Positions 40,592 to 54,781 of a DNA stretch of 64,000 nt are shown piece by piece. The DNA lies in the NCBI GenBank assembly GCA_030141605.1, contig JAQGDQ010000144.1, positions 372,001 through 436,000 of the forward strand. The letters run 5' to 3'. Numbering within the stretch: position 1 is the stretch's first letter; the number at the start of each line of letters is the position of its first letter. This DNA is from Tubiluchus corallicola (Eukaryota > Animalia > Priapulida). Under the pieces are notes generated by a model that made no database searches, had not been told where the DNA came from, and saw only the letters and a list, made by a program, of their open reading frames with translations. The position numbers were made by a program, and so were the translations under genes.

Positions 40592-43500
40592 TCATGAGCA
40601 CTTCCAAACACAAATGCCCAAGTTTCCACCAAAGAACAAGTACATTAGATGTTTTACTTCATGCGTAACCTCAAAGCCATATCCTTCACCAACAACGACG
40701 TGCCATGATGCACCAAATTTCTTATCCATTGTCTCTTTTATCATTTTAGCTGCATTCTGAAATAAGAAAGAGAAATTCTCTTATTGGGTTTATTACCAAT
40801 TATGTGAGTTTTGATCACCTCTTGCCTTTTCTCTTTCTTTTACGTTGGTATAGAAGAAAGAGTTTGAACAACGCTCAGGCGTAAAAAAATTACCCATGTG
40901 TTTAAGATCAAGGTAATCAAGGCAAAGAAAACAATAAGGCGAAACAATAAAATCAGATCAAGTCCGTGTTTATGTTTTCATCAAAGAAGAGGAGCAAGAA
41001 ACTGAATTTCTAATTTTAACACAAAAATTATTAATAAAAACCATGATTTTCTGTGATTTTTTTATACAACTCGAAATCCAAAAGACGAGAATCCAGCATT
41101 CAAACAGGTTAGATCTCAATTAGATGTTTGTAACATAACCAAACCCTGACTCATGAAAATTATGTCTCTAAGATTAGCGAGTGAAACAGCAGAGGTTCTT
41201 CAGCCACACTCAGACGTATGTACATTCTCCCTCTAAGAGGAAACCATCCAGTTAAGCATAGGGAAAGAAACCATCCAAAGCAAGAATCAAAGCAGTTCAC
41301 CCCATCCACTCAGTGAGCAGCCTTGGTATTATCGGTAGCCTAAACGATGCGGCTACTGCCAGGCCATGCACCTCATCACACAAGATAAATTGATAACATG
41401 ACCGTAATACTTAAAATCAAATTTAAGAACTGTGATTGATCTTGGTTATCTGCACATAATGAAATCTACCTTGAAAATGTGATAATATGTGCCAATATCA
41501 AGTAGCAAAAAGCCACACCCACAAAATATTATAGATTTGCATCTGACTACCAAGCAAGGCTCCCTATTACAATAAGCTTGTTTAAACAAACGAAAACTTT
41601 GAAAAGATCGTCAGTAAAATTTGACACAAAATATTTTTTACTGAACCCAATATTGCTAACAAAATAGTGGTATGTGCACGACTATAGTCTCTACACTTAC
41701 TATATTAAATGTATGCATATTTTTATACCTCATTGTTAGTTGGAAACTTTTCACAGGCTGTCACACATAACTCCATTGCTTCATTCTGCATCTCTTCATT
41801 CATATCACAATGCTGAAAAGAAACAGAAAAAGTGATCAGGCATGAACTTAAAGTTGAAAATATATCACATTATTAATAAAATTAAAACAACTGTCAGAGT
41901 GATCCTTAAATTGGACAACTTTAAGCCATCAATGCCCGTCATACTTTTTGTTTCAGTCCCTAGAATTTAGTTGTTTTTTTTGTTATGCAAATTAGCATTA
42001 ACCAAAACTTGAAATGACAACATCTGTTGTGCTATCAGCAAAATAAAGTTTCCAAACAAAACTGGAAATGAAGAACATTGATAAATTCCTACTTTACCAT
42101 TATTTTGTGAGAAAAATCTCACCCTAACAATCTGTGAGGCCCACACAACTACAGATAATAACGCAAAGGATATAGAATTTATAAGGCACAGGTACGAATG
42201 TGTGTTAGTATTCACAAATAGTATTGTTGTTTATTTTTTTGACTTTACACAGGCACTTCACTTATACACAAATATAGCCATACCAACAACTCTAACTGTC
42301 TTGCTCAGGGACCCAACTCTTAAGCTCCAGTCCTCACAAGCCCCAGTGAGGGTATTTGTAAGACTGATTGTAGGTGTGGAAGAAGAGTGGCAGTGTGACA
42401 CTCCCAATTAAGTCTATTAAGAATTCAACAAAACAGGAATCAAGAAGTTGCACTTTAAATGTTGAGGAGAGAGGGACAGAGGACAAGAAATCTTTACACT
42501 CGATATGACAAAATAAAAAAAAACTTAAGTTTATGAATAAGGACACTATCAGCGGGCACAGTGAAAAAGGAAAAAGTTAAGAAAGAGCAAGTCCTGGATT
42601 TGGGATAGATCATGGGGTTTTTAGAAAGCTTCAAATCAGCAATCTAAACAAACCTATATCTGGCACTGAACTAGAAGTAACACCAATCCAGAACAACCAA
42701 TTTTAATAAGAATTTTGGTTAAGCACATCCATATTAGCATATAGGGGCCATCCACATTAGGTAGGTAGGTGGCAGGAGGCATGATAACGCCATTATAATG
42801 CAAGGTAGCTAGTTGATTTAATCATGATATCGTTACCTGACTTCACGCTTTTTTCACACGTGCAGAAAAAGCGATTCATAACAAGGAATGGCTGGTTGTA
42901 ATCGGCCATGAGGAGGATTCTGCAGACTGGGTCAGTGAGAACGAATTAACACAAGTGATGTTGTTGCCTGTCCCTGGGAGAAGGAAGAATAAAATGTACA
43001 AAAACTACATTAGTGTGATATCGATATAAATATAAGGGGTAAGTAAGTGCTTGGGCATATGATAACGTCATTATAACACAAGCTAGGTAGGTCCTCGAAA
43101 TTGACCGAAAACTTGATATTGTTATATTTGGATGGCCCCATATAACCAAGCTTTCAGCAGATGAGTTTGCATAATAAATCTTTTTTTCAGCCCTACAAAG
43201 GCTCATTCGACTGGTGACTGCCCAGTTACAAAGTTCTTACCAGTTCATTTTAGTTTGATGCTTTGTCGCGCTTTGAGTGACTCAATTTGTCTGCAGCTAG
43301 ACCAATGCGTGATTTCGATCTTTTAACACTGCTGGTTAATGGCGCTACCTGGTTATCCAGTTTCCTCGATAAGTTACTCACTGTGACAACCAAGGTAATG
43401 TGACTAGTAAACTGACAGACTGTTAAACATTTTTGGCCTCCACTCCTAAATATATTTACACAGCTTCCTAATATTAGCCATACCTAGTGGCCAAGTTGAT

Positions 43501-43996
43501 GGGTTAGTGTTATTTCATAATCCACAGTCCATAATACATAGATGGGGGTATTAGCATGAATGCTACTTGCCTCTCCACTATACTGAATTAACTAAAACTG
43601 AAATTTTAAATATAGTGGCATTTCTTAAATGTGTCCAGTCCACTGGATAACGTGAAAACTGTGATAAACTAAATCACTTAAGTGATAAGCATTGCCATTA
43701 CTCATATTTGAGTAAGAAATGGAAGGTGCGGTAGGCCTATTCTGTTATCCGATGTGACATTCGTTAATAATCAGTACGAATCTGAAGCAGCTCAAGATAT
43801 CATAGAACATAAGCGACAGCAGATTTAGACAAATTGACCAGACTCGCTTAGGTCCAGCAATGTAGGCCCTGTGTAACAAGATCGAGCAGCATTAAGGGAA
43901 ACCATAAATTACCCTTATCAGAGGATAGGTGTGTACTCTTTTAGATGCATCAACAACGGATTCCTCTTTTTTGATTTCTGTGCCTTCAGCAGACAT
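40592..43996 (-). CDS. DNAL4: Dynein axonemal light chain 4, 110 aa
   Basis: Phase-0 exons 43913-43996, 41729-41812, 40592-40756: MSAEGTE...HTYPLIR|HCDMNEEMQNEAMELCVTACEKFPTNNE|NAAKMIKETMDKKFGASWHVVVGEGYGFEVTHEVKHLMYLFFGGNLGICVWKCS*. Confidence 0.97.
42744..43139. mobile_element. PIF/Harbinger-like MITE (396 bp) in DNAL4 intron 1
   Basis: TIRs ggggccatcca / tggatggcccc; 3-bp flanks ata / ata; internal repeat atgataacg(c/t)cattataa. Confidence 0.75.
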
Positions 43997-44148
43997 GCTG
44001 TAGCAGTTCTGTCACAAAATTTTAAAATTCCTTAATAGGCAATTACTGTAAATTCTTCTAGATAAGTTATAAACTTGTGATGGATCTGTTACACCAAATT
44101 TACACCAGATATTGTTTTTATTGCGCTGCCATCTACCGACTAAAGTAG

Positions 44149-44347
44149 CGCTTATGTAGAATGCGGATATCGGATGCGTTTTTGGAGTTGCGGAATAGAG
44201 ATAAACCGGTTTATATTGTTTTCAATGCACCCGTTTATGCAGCTGCGTATGCGTTATTCTTTTTGCAGCTTTTTCCTATTGATTTTTCCGCATCTATTTC
44301 GCGGCTGTTCTGCAATGGAAAGCGCATCGGTCTGCTACATAAACGCC
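44149..44347. mobile_element. Short palindromic MITE (Harbinger-like), copy 1, immediately upstream of DNAL4
   Basis: Inverted ends agcgcttatgtag / ctacataaacgcc. The core ggtttatattgttttcaatgcacccgtttat is shared with 50398-50576. Confidence 0.65.
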
Positions 44348-47300
44348 ACACTTAAAACAGATATGTCTGAGTAGGCGTTTCATTCGATATGTCATTAAAT
44401 CAATCTCAGACTTACCTTTCCAACAAGTGATTCAGTTCATAAACGTTTGCAAAACATTTTTTCAACTTGGAAAGTTTTAAATTACAAAAAACGCAAATAA
44501 CTTTTTCTTTACAAAAATTAGTCAAACACACAGTTTATTCTTAGAAACACAGTAAAACATAATGTAAAGTACAGTAGTTCTTGCTTTCATTAAAATGTTA
44601 TAGCAATGTTTTAGAAGAACAAAACCTAGCGAAACTTGTGCATATTGCCCGATCTTAAAATAAAACTGGCAAAATTGCAAATTTATTTAGCTTAGCTAGG
44701 TAAATAATAGCAACTAAGAAACTCAGTTTTATAGTACAGCACCTGAACATCTTAGGTACCACTATAAATGTCTACTTTCACTATCAAATTCGATCTAGTA
44801 GAATGGTAATAACAACATAGTTCTCTGAACACATCATTCAGTTTGTTGCATTAAGGACTACTCAAATTCAAGTTAAAAATTAAAATCAAGTGCTTATGAC
44901 ACCATGCAATTATGTTGGATGTATCACTTAGGTTTTATCAAGAATTCAGTTTAATGTCACAAGTCACAACTAGCCATTAATTAAAAGCAATGCAAGCTCA
45001 AATAATAGATAATAAAAAAAAATATATATATACAAAATTCAGGCTTGGAAGTATTATGTGCTCTACTTAATCAAATACAGCCAAGAAGGCACTATTCATG
45101 CATAAAAAATAACACCAAAGAGGCTCCAAATTTGAATTTTTGTACAAAATGTGCAGCAATCAAAATAAGCAAATGATGTAAATGTAGAGAAGCAATATGA
45201 GCTACAGTCAAAGCAAAAATGGTACTAACTAAACAGCAAAAACACTATATTACTTTTGATCCAGAAAACGTTCATTATGAAAATACAAGATATGTTAACG
45301 GTTATACATACGACCACATTAATATTACCAGCACTGCTTCCAGTTATTGCTGTCAATATCTAATAAAAATATAGTAGATGTTTTTGAAATTATGTTACAG
45401 AACTTGCCCGTGTTTACGTCTTACCAGTATGACATCATTACATTATCATTCCACGCAATGATCGTAAGTTTTATAGCCAGAAGTTACAGTATTCAGGTAT
45501 GATACTATAAAAGTCAAATGCCAAAGGTTCAGTGTTTCAGTCTATGCCTGCTAGACATTGCTTACAAGGAGTACTAGTACTATTAGACAACGTACTATAC
45601 TTGTCTAATAGTGGTTGCACAGTGAAAAACATACTGAAAAACATACTTTCTAAAGAAACCTTTTATAAGGACCTGCTACAGACTAGAGATCAAAATTTTG
45701 CAAGTAGTTGTAAAAATGTAACCAATGCACAGTACAATTGCCTAACATGGACACATTGTATCATAGTGCGATCTATTGCAAAGTTCTAAAGATGTGACAG
45801 TAAACTAGTATATAACACTAGGTTGTTCAAATTTTTAGTTAAAATTTCACAGAACGATAAAAGCAAGGCCACATATCGTACAATGAGGTAGCACTTTAGC
45901 AATACTTAGTATATGGTACATTGTGTTGCTATTTGTTTAATACTATTAATATTCATAAATAAAAATGTCTGCCATCTCGTAAAAATTAAACATCAAACAA
46001 GAAACAAACAGTGTTTACCCTAATATTTCCTGAAAATCACTACACAATTATGTTATAAGATTATCGCTCCAGTTTCTTTTCCTCAATAACTAATACTTCG
46101 TAGTATAGTAGCTACATGTCCTACATGCCATTATGACAAAAACAGTGTAAATGGCTCAAACATACCACATTTTACTAATTATATTAGCATGATTATGTGA
46201 TACAATACATCACAAAAGCACATGGCAAGAAGTAAACTTATACAACCAAAAATGAACTTAAATGTGAAAAATACACAAGTTGATCAATGCTAATAAAACT
46301 TAAAGACACTATAAACAGACGTTCTGTTCAAGTTCAATTGATAAGACTATATTGCAGGCAACAATCTATATTACAGTAAATCTAGAGCTCAAAAACAACT
46401 AACCAGAATTTAGCATTTTTGATTAACCTCCAATATTGTTAACACTTGGTCACCCATCTGTTGAGCTGTTTGTCAATGGCAACATATGCAATGAAAGACA
46501 AATAGGCACACGTTTGCTATCTTACTACAAATAACTATAACAAAAATACATTGATAGTAAACAAACACGTAATTTAAAACAATACTAGTACTGGACTAAA
46601 ACACTTGTCCCTGCAGATGGTAAAATTACAATAATATGTGACTTAATATATAAATCATTTACTATATGTCTGATTTTACAGTTAACTATGTTGCTTAAAC
46701 TGTTGTGTACAGACTCCTAGGGCCTCTTATCTAATTTATGTGTTTAATAAGTTAACACACATAGTTATTTCACTGATACATTTTGGCACTGAGTTTCCAG
46801 TGACTAGCATCTTCGTACATGGAAGTAATGTTTTACTTAACAAATTGCACTGTTTATGGGCAAGACTTTATTGCAATATTTACGTTAAAAGTACATTTAG
46901 TTTTAAGTGACAATGTTACAATCATGATATTCCTATCTTGCATTAAATTCAACAATACATCCGTATGCAGTAATGAAAAACTCACTGTTTTCTAAAACTC
47001 AAAGCTAACTACTATAATATGTACATGGTATATCATCATTTCAGTAAAAAATAAATAAAAGTGAAAAATTCATGATGCACAATTCTAGAATAAAACTACC
47101 CTACCTACATGTGTAAACTCGTAGAATCGTGAGTGAGTCCAGCCTGTAAATAAAGCTAAATGTACAAGTTTGTCAATGCTACTGAACTACGTACACTTAT
47201 TGATACATGACTGCACTGACTAGACACTTCCTAGCACATCACTGCTGCATTCCTAGATCTGTGTACACAAGAAATATTAAAAAAAACAGCAGCAAAGATA

Positions 47301-48168
47301 TAGTAAAGTAAGATGGCAAAAAGTACAAATTTATAAAAATTTATAATGCTGTATAAAAGAGCACTTTGCAATGTTCAGTAGCAAAATTTGTCTGTATGTC
47401 ACAGTTTTAAATGTACTACCCAAATCAACTAACCATACACATTTTTAATACCACAGGCTTAAATTAAGCATTATAAGTAAATGTACAGATTATACTGGTC
47501 AAATGAAATAACACTCGCTATCTTTTGATACTGTATAATGAATTTACTTGAATTAGAAGAATTACTTGAGGCAAAAAAGGTGCAAGGTTTATAAAAACTT
47601 ACACGCAGTAAAACTAATGGCTCAAGTACCGAGGACACATAAAATTCTTAGCCAGAAATTTTAGGTTTAGTATTAAAAAAATGATGACCGACAAGCTGAA
47701 ATAACATCCATCTTAATAGACTATGTTAACCAACCACTGTAACATGATGGTAAGTACATACTGATTTAGCCTGTTAATACAGTATGATATAACAAGCTTT
47801 TATGATATCAGTTATAATCGTAATACTTCAAAAACTAATAACCATAAATCCATGGCCTGTAATCTAGAGTTCTGAGTAATCAGTGTACCTAGGATTGTGC
47901 AAAACCAATCTGCAGCAATAAGTAGCAGCATGATCATTCTGCACCTAATAATTGGGAGTATGGCCTCGAAAATCTATTGTAGCTAATTTCTTGGTTAAAG
48001 TAACTACTGGTAACCCAGTATTAAAATCAAGAGATGCATTAAATTACAAACTTTCACAATATTTACAAAGTGATTGGCACAATTACTGGCAGTGAAGCAC
48101 TAAACCTATTTACACAGAGACAAGTACTTGAGTAATAAGCACATTACATGCAAATCTTTTATTGAACT

Positions 48169-51100
48169 TCAGAGGTTAAATCTGACTGTCTTACACGGTC
48201 GTGTAGGTTCCGTATAAGCCCTCTTGCGTAGCATTGGTTTGAGCTGTACAGCTTCGTCCTCAACTTCTGACAAAATGTTTGGTGATGAAAGCGAAAGAGC
48301 AGTGTACGACGGAGGAAGTGTACCACCCGATTCTGTCTCCTCCACATTTTTCAAGCGTTCACTAAAACTTTGTACTGAAAGCGTTATGCTTTCAGCATAT
48401 GTTGGAGGCTTGACATCAATGTCATCAGATCCACTGCTGCAACAATGAGAACCACTTTCATTGTCTCCAAGCATCTTGTCATCATCTTCGTCATCGTCTT
48501 CCGTGGACAACTGCTTCCTCAAAGGCGGAGGTGGACTGTGTAACCGCCGAGGCCTGCTTGAAGTCTGTTGACTTGATTCGGGCAATGGACTTTCACGAGA
48601 ACTATGAGAACAAATGGATGATTGTCGCGAGCAGACAGATGATTGTCGAGAACAAACTGAACTCTGTCGAGAACATGTGCTATGATGCCGGTCTCGGGTC
48701 ACATGACCATTTTGTGACTCTTCACTTATCACCGATTCATATGCAGGTGGTGATTCAACTTGGTTTAACCTATAAATGTAAACAACAGTTTGGAATTTGG
48801 AAAGATTACAATTTTTTCACAAATATTCACAAAACCATTTAAATTTTGGCCATGTTTAAAACGTTTTAGTTTTTTTTTATAAAAAAATAATTTAAAAAGA
48901 AGTTTTCTACAACTAAAAACCCCGGCAGTGTTTAAATTCTGGCACTGCATGCAGCTTAACTACATGTATTATGAAATACTCTTGAGCTAAGAAAAATGCA
49001 CTGAGGTTAAAAAATGGAGATTAGTTCAAAATTTTACGCACAAAATATGAAAGTTCTGTGGTTAACGAGCATATCAGCTGACACCTCTCAACTTGAAGTT
49101 GTTTGTTTAAATTATGCCGTTTTATTGGCAAAATATAGCGGAAACACTGATTAGTGTATAGGTTTACATATAGTAACCATAAGAGTAAAAGTCTTGCGTC
49201 AAAAATAGACATAAAAAGAATTTTCGCAACAGTTATAATTTCACAATTTCTACATGTATATACACAAGTTAAATTTTATTATTTAATAAATGATTTTACT
49301 TACCAAGGAGACAATTCTTCTACTGTATAAGACTGTCTTTCCTGAAACAAAAAAAAACTTTAGAGGTGTAGCAACAAGGCTGAATCTTTATAAATTAGCT
49401 TCAGCAGAGACACAACACAAGCAAGTTTATGTGGTTCAGTAAATCTGAAAACATGTAAATAGCAACTATTGCTACATAGAAACTTCAATCCTCCTTTACA
49501 ACTGATTTACACTCTTCTACTCTAATTAATATGTTCTCTCTCTATCATGTTTAACAAACTATACGATTGAAATCATGCTTATAAGTACTAATGAAGTCAA
49601 CCTGTCAGTCAGTCAACCAGCCAGTAAGTGTGTCCGCCAGCTAGCCAGTCAATCAATCTCAGCCTACTTTAGGGTTGTGAGACTTAAACAGGTGATGGAC
49701 CAGGCTCACAATTCTTCGTAAACAATAGAGAGAGACAATACTACTATTTAGGCCTGTACTCTCTATTCAGCTATAATCACAAAAGGCGCTCCTGTCATCA
49801 GTAATGCCTGCAAGAGTGTCTGGCTGTTGATAACGAGAGGCAGATGGTGCTATTAATGGAGGGTGTACAGTGTCAACAGAATTTGTACAGTAGCCTTGAG
49901 CAGGCCGCAGTGTAACGGAGAGAGACTAATGTAGAGATCTATAAGATCGCGTGGTTCACTCGCAGGTCAGTTTACCCTGCGTGTTTATGTACATTAAAAT
50001 AACGGAAATGGTGTAACCTGTGCTTGCGAGTAGGAGAAAAACATTTGTTGTATAAACATTAAAATATAAACAGAAATGTTCGCACGTTCACCTAATCCTG
50101 CGAGAAACCAAGTTCAAGATACTGAAGCCAGTGAATATGTATTTAAAACGCGAGTCTAGTGCTAAACCAGCTTCATATATAGAGCGTTAAAATTTACGAA
50201 AATATGTCATTACCATGAACCAAAACTAAGGTCTAACCATTTGCAAGAGGTACTGTAGTGCAAAATTTCTACAAAACATTTTAACAAAACAATTAATACG
50301 AAATAACCCATTGCAAAGCTTAATCAAGTGAAAACTTTCAAATTCACGTTTGCGTACTCCGGCTTTCTCATTTACTGTATGTTGCAAGATAAAGTTCCGT
50401 TTACCTAGTATCCGGAATGCGTATGCGTTATGAGGATGCGAAATAGATAAAATGGGTTTATATTATTTTCAATGCACTCGTTTATCAGACCTGCGTTATA
50501 TTTTCTGCATCTTTTTCCAACTGATTTTTTATTCCGCAGCATAACGCATACGCATTCCTGATCCTAGGTAATCGCCATTTCAGGAACCTGGGGTTCGTAA
50601 GTCAGAAGTATAGACGCAAAAGAGAAGACTTGGTTCAAACATTTCGTATCCTTAAAGGCATAGAAACCATCAACAACGAAAATTTTTTCCAACGACCGTT
50701 ATATCATGGTACCAAAGGGCACTTCCACAAAATTAAGAGGAGAACAGTTTTCAACAGATGGAGCAGAAGCAAGGAAACATTTGCAATGTGAGCAATTGAT
50801 GAGTGGAACAAACTGCCTGACACCATAGTACAAATCCTCTAATTCTGCCCAGTTCAAGCAGCGTCTTGATAAACACTGGAAATATAATCCAGAAAAATAT
50901 ATGCCACAATGCCAACAGGAAGTCTTATGCCATACTTCATGATCGGAGTTCGACCATTTTCATTTCAATAAAGTAAACAAGGGAACGTGGAGAGGTTCAT
51001 AAGCAATTATTCTTAACCGCTGTCTTTTGACGGTAACGGTTTTCTGCTTGTACCAACCAAATTTTTCAAACAGTAAACACGTTGACTGCTGCTACGAACT

Positions 51101-52987
51101 ACGCATCTTGCGCAACTTTGCTTGCTAACGCAAGATAACGCAATTATAAGGTAACAATTATTCTATATCACAAGATACTACACGACAAACTACAGTATTT
51201 TCATATAATTTGTACAATACAAACAAAGCATACTGGCTGCTAAAAAATAATTAAAAAGCACAGTGAACACCTCCAAAAGTGGCCCCTGTAAAGATGAAAA
51301 AAAAAGTTTCACATGTGCATGTGTAAAGCTCAGTATCTAATGATATATGATTTACTGTCACTACTCCCACTAGTCAGTCTTGTTTAGTGTATAACATTCA
51401 TGATGCGATTCATCACCCACTGTGACCTTTGACCTCGGCGCAATAATTAACTAGGGTCAAAAGACATTATTGGGACTCCTATTAACATACTAGACCTCCT
51501 GTGCAATCAGGATTATGTGCCAAAATGTATCTTTAGTCTACATGCTAACTGTAGGAGAGAAGAAAATGAAGGATTGTGATTCATCAAAAGACACGACAGG
51601 AACAGGTTGCTGGTAGTGTTTAAAAGAGAAAAGATTAATAGACTGTTTCTTTCACAGTATTTGTGTTGAATTTTTTCAGCATACACCAAACTGCATCCGC
51701 TAACATAAATGTGGTAAACAGACTTCTTAAAGGAACTACCTACAAATAGGATATCCCCTGCTTAGTAACCATTACCTGTCAAATAATATTATTTGAAAGA
51801 AAAAAGAAAGTTCTGCTCAAAGTGCGAATGCAATACCATTGAACTATATGATCCTTAGCTAGTTCATCCATTTTAACTGCACATTTGAGGCTATTCCGGC
51901 ACTGTTCAATTATTGAATCATAGATCTAACGAAATATTCTACTTCTAGTTGGCAGTGATTAATTTTATAGACCTACATTTTAACACACTGTATGGCAATC
52001 TCAAAACGCTGCTTACTACCAATGTTAAATAGAACTTTGTGGGTATTGTGACGGGACAAGAATCTAGCTCACTAGAAAGGATAACCACTTAAGAAGTGAA
52101 ACTGAACAGGCAGCGCGGTACCTTGGTCATGTTTGGATTTGTATTCACCAAGAAAAGAAAGCGCTAAAAGATGTATTATAAATAAAGGAGAGAAAAGTTT
52201 ATGAAGTGCTTCCAGCTAAATTTGAATTTTTCCTGCATAGACATTGAAAGCGATTGATTTTTGATAATCAGTTCTTGTATTAAAAGTTAAGACAATGACA
52301 GGTGACTTTGTATTTCAGAGTTTCCTCTGTAGCAATATAACATGGTTCTCCTAAATGCATACTTCAAAAATGCTCATAACACACATTTTTGCATTTTGGC
52401 TAGTTTGATCAGTCACTACAGGTGAGAAAGCAGTTGTATTTTAACATCTTTGTGCAACGCTAAATCATTATTATCTCCCTAGGAAACTCATACAAGTCAG
52501 TTTATTCGTATAAAACTTGTTATTACTATTGACTAGCACTTACTTCTTCACGCACAATCCGCTTCTTCACTGCTGGTATCCTACACACCACCATGACACC
52601 ACCAGTCACTAATACGGGACCAATAAAGTACAAGCTACCTTCGGCTGACTCTATTTTAGCTTTATGAATCACTGCAAAAACAACGGTGAAAATACCAACA
52701 GCAGCTAGCGTCACAGCAATCACAATGTGAACACATGTGTATAAGATTCGCTTGCGTCTTGGATTATACGATTCATGCGAATGAACACTGCCATGGTCAT
52801 CTTCCACATCATCATCACTATGGGTAGCACCATTAATGTATTGAGCTTCATTAAGCACGGTCACCGCATTAGAGTTGCGGTTTGATGTGACATAGAAATC
52901 CATAGGTAGAGTAATATCTGTCATTTCAGCTAATGTTGAAACTTCTGGTATGGTCGTTGGTATAACCAAACTTCTCTTCTCACTCAT
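48169..52987 (-). CDS. Uncharacterised two-pass membrane protein with PPxY-rich cytoplasmic tail, ~360 aa
   Basis: Phase-consistent exons 52544-52987, 49304-49341, 48169-48769 (1083 nt). Two hydrophobic segments (ILYTCVHIVIAVTLAAVGIFTVVFAVI; LYFIGPVLVTGGVMVVC). Tail carries PPAY, PPTY, PPSY and ends KTVRFNL*. Confidence 0.85.
50398..50576. mobile_element. Short palindromic MITE, copy 2
   Basis: Perfect 19-bp inverted repeat ggaatgcgtatgcgttatg / cataacgcatacgcattcc, extended by ttacctag / ctaggtaa. Confidence 0.75.
50690..50890 (+). mobile_element. CR1-type LINE ORF2 C-terminal remnant
   Basis: Degenerate translation TKGHFHKI...IDEWNKLPDTIV...QFKQRLDKHW. Confidence 0.7.
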
Positions 52988-54238
52988 TTCACTTCTGCTA
53001 ACGTGACCGCACCAAGAATACCTGTCTTATACTGAACTCCTGTCAATATTCTAGTATACTAGACTAGAATGGCAAGTGTCTTTATCTGAAATCAAAAGAA
53101 GAAATATGTGGTTCTTTCAAATCTATAATTACCAAATGACTCAGTAAACTACACATGCTATGGTTTGATGTTAAAAGCATTACAAGCTAGGCGATTATGT
53201 ACTTAAACTAATATTACTATGTAGCTTTAGTAGCTGTAATAACAACAACAGATTAATAGAAAACGATAGGCAGTGATAATATGTTATGTCACAACAAATA
53301 GCTCGACTTAACTCGAGTTAATAGGAACCATCCGAAGTCAGGAGCCTGACCAGTTTATTTGGATTTCCTTGTCAGACCTAAAATGTCGATGAAGTACCAA
53401 ACACATAAATAAGGTAAAATTTGTCATGTAATCAATATTTCAATCAATTTATTTCATTTGATGTAGTAACTAGAATTAAATGCATTTTAGATCAATTTTA
53501 ATTGCTTTATCATAGCAAGAGCTACCCTAGTGCAGAACTAGAAGTAAATCTAAAGACAAAGTCAGTCACAAGTTGACATGCAGCTAAAACTGACAATTTG
53601 TACAAAGGTCGATGAGTCTGTGGGTCTATCTATTTGGTATTGTTGACGTTTTGATCTTTCGCCAACCTGCCTCTATTTTTATTAACAACAACAACAATCT
53701 CTTCCCACCACGTTGTGTTACTCCTTTGCACTTTTTATATCACCTTTTCTGCACAACGCACAAAATGATACAACTTACAAGACTTATAATAAAAACATCT
53801 GCAAAAGCCATACAATCGCTCAGATATCCTGGAAATTTAATTAGATATACAAACAAGCTTGTTTACAAGAACTACCTTAAACATTTACAATGCAGGGCAC
53901 GTAAATTGAAACTGACTTGAAAAAGAACTTAGTGAATGCGTTGTTACAACTTGAGATATAAAAATGCACTGGTAAGCTGAAATTCTCACAGCATTACTTG
54001 CAAGGCACTGTTCTTAATCACTCATTCGCATCGTTCTTAATTACTACACAATTAGCATAGTTCAAAATTAAGAAAGCAGAACTAGTATCTTGCGAATTCA
54101 TTCACCTTTACTCTACACGAAACAAACATCACAGCTTACTCAACCCTAACTGTGTTCATAGTTCTTTACAAAGTGAAAGTGTGCAATGAGCATGCGTTGC
54201 CTGAGTCTGAAAGGCAGTTTTTCTGCCACCTGGCGAGT

Positions 54239-54258
54239 GTTCCCCTGGCAACGGCAAC
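54239..54258. promoter_or_regulatory. RFX X-box in the CCDC40 / TM-gene bidirectional promoter
   Basis: GTTCCCCTGGCAAC (54239-54252) matches the X-box consensus GTTNCCATGGNAAC with one mismatch. An extra GGCAAC half-site follows. It lies upstream of a motile-cilia gene. Confidence 0.65.
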
Positions 54259-54781
54259 GCTTTTGGAAAGCAGTTACATAGTTGATTTTAAATTAAAATT
54301 ATTAACTTGGATAGCTAAGATAAATAAAGATGTTCAACAACTTCAACCAAATCTATCTTTAGGAGTAGAAGAACGTACGCTGTTAGCTGCAGATAGAAGA
54401 AGGTAGAATACCCTGATCAATGTTGATACCTCAATGCATACAACAGGTGGAACGAGATTTTGAAGAAGAAGTACAATTTTTGTTTACAAAGTGAATATAT
54501 TATCTAAAGTACATCAACGGTTAACAAAGTTGATGCCAGACAAAAACATTTTCTTGTACGTAAATTTCTTGTTCCAGGTCATTCACAGTGAATCAGTCAG
54601 CGATACAGTACAGTAATTGCTGTGTTGTATATTTAATTTGTCTTTTTTCACGTGTCAGTTAGTGAGTGTCCAGGGTGAGTGAGAAGGGCAATATCCTAGG
54701 GTCGAATATTCGAATAATGAATCATTGGAAATCCCCATCCTTAGTTTGTACTATTAGGAATTATGATTAGAATAGCAGTTA

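Noticed and set aside
48224-48842. Plus-strand ORFs 48224-48448 and 48531-48842
   Set aside because: Antisense shadows of the TM gene's last coding exon.
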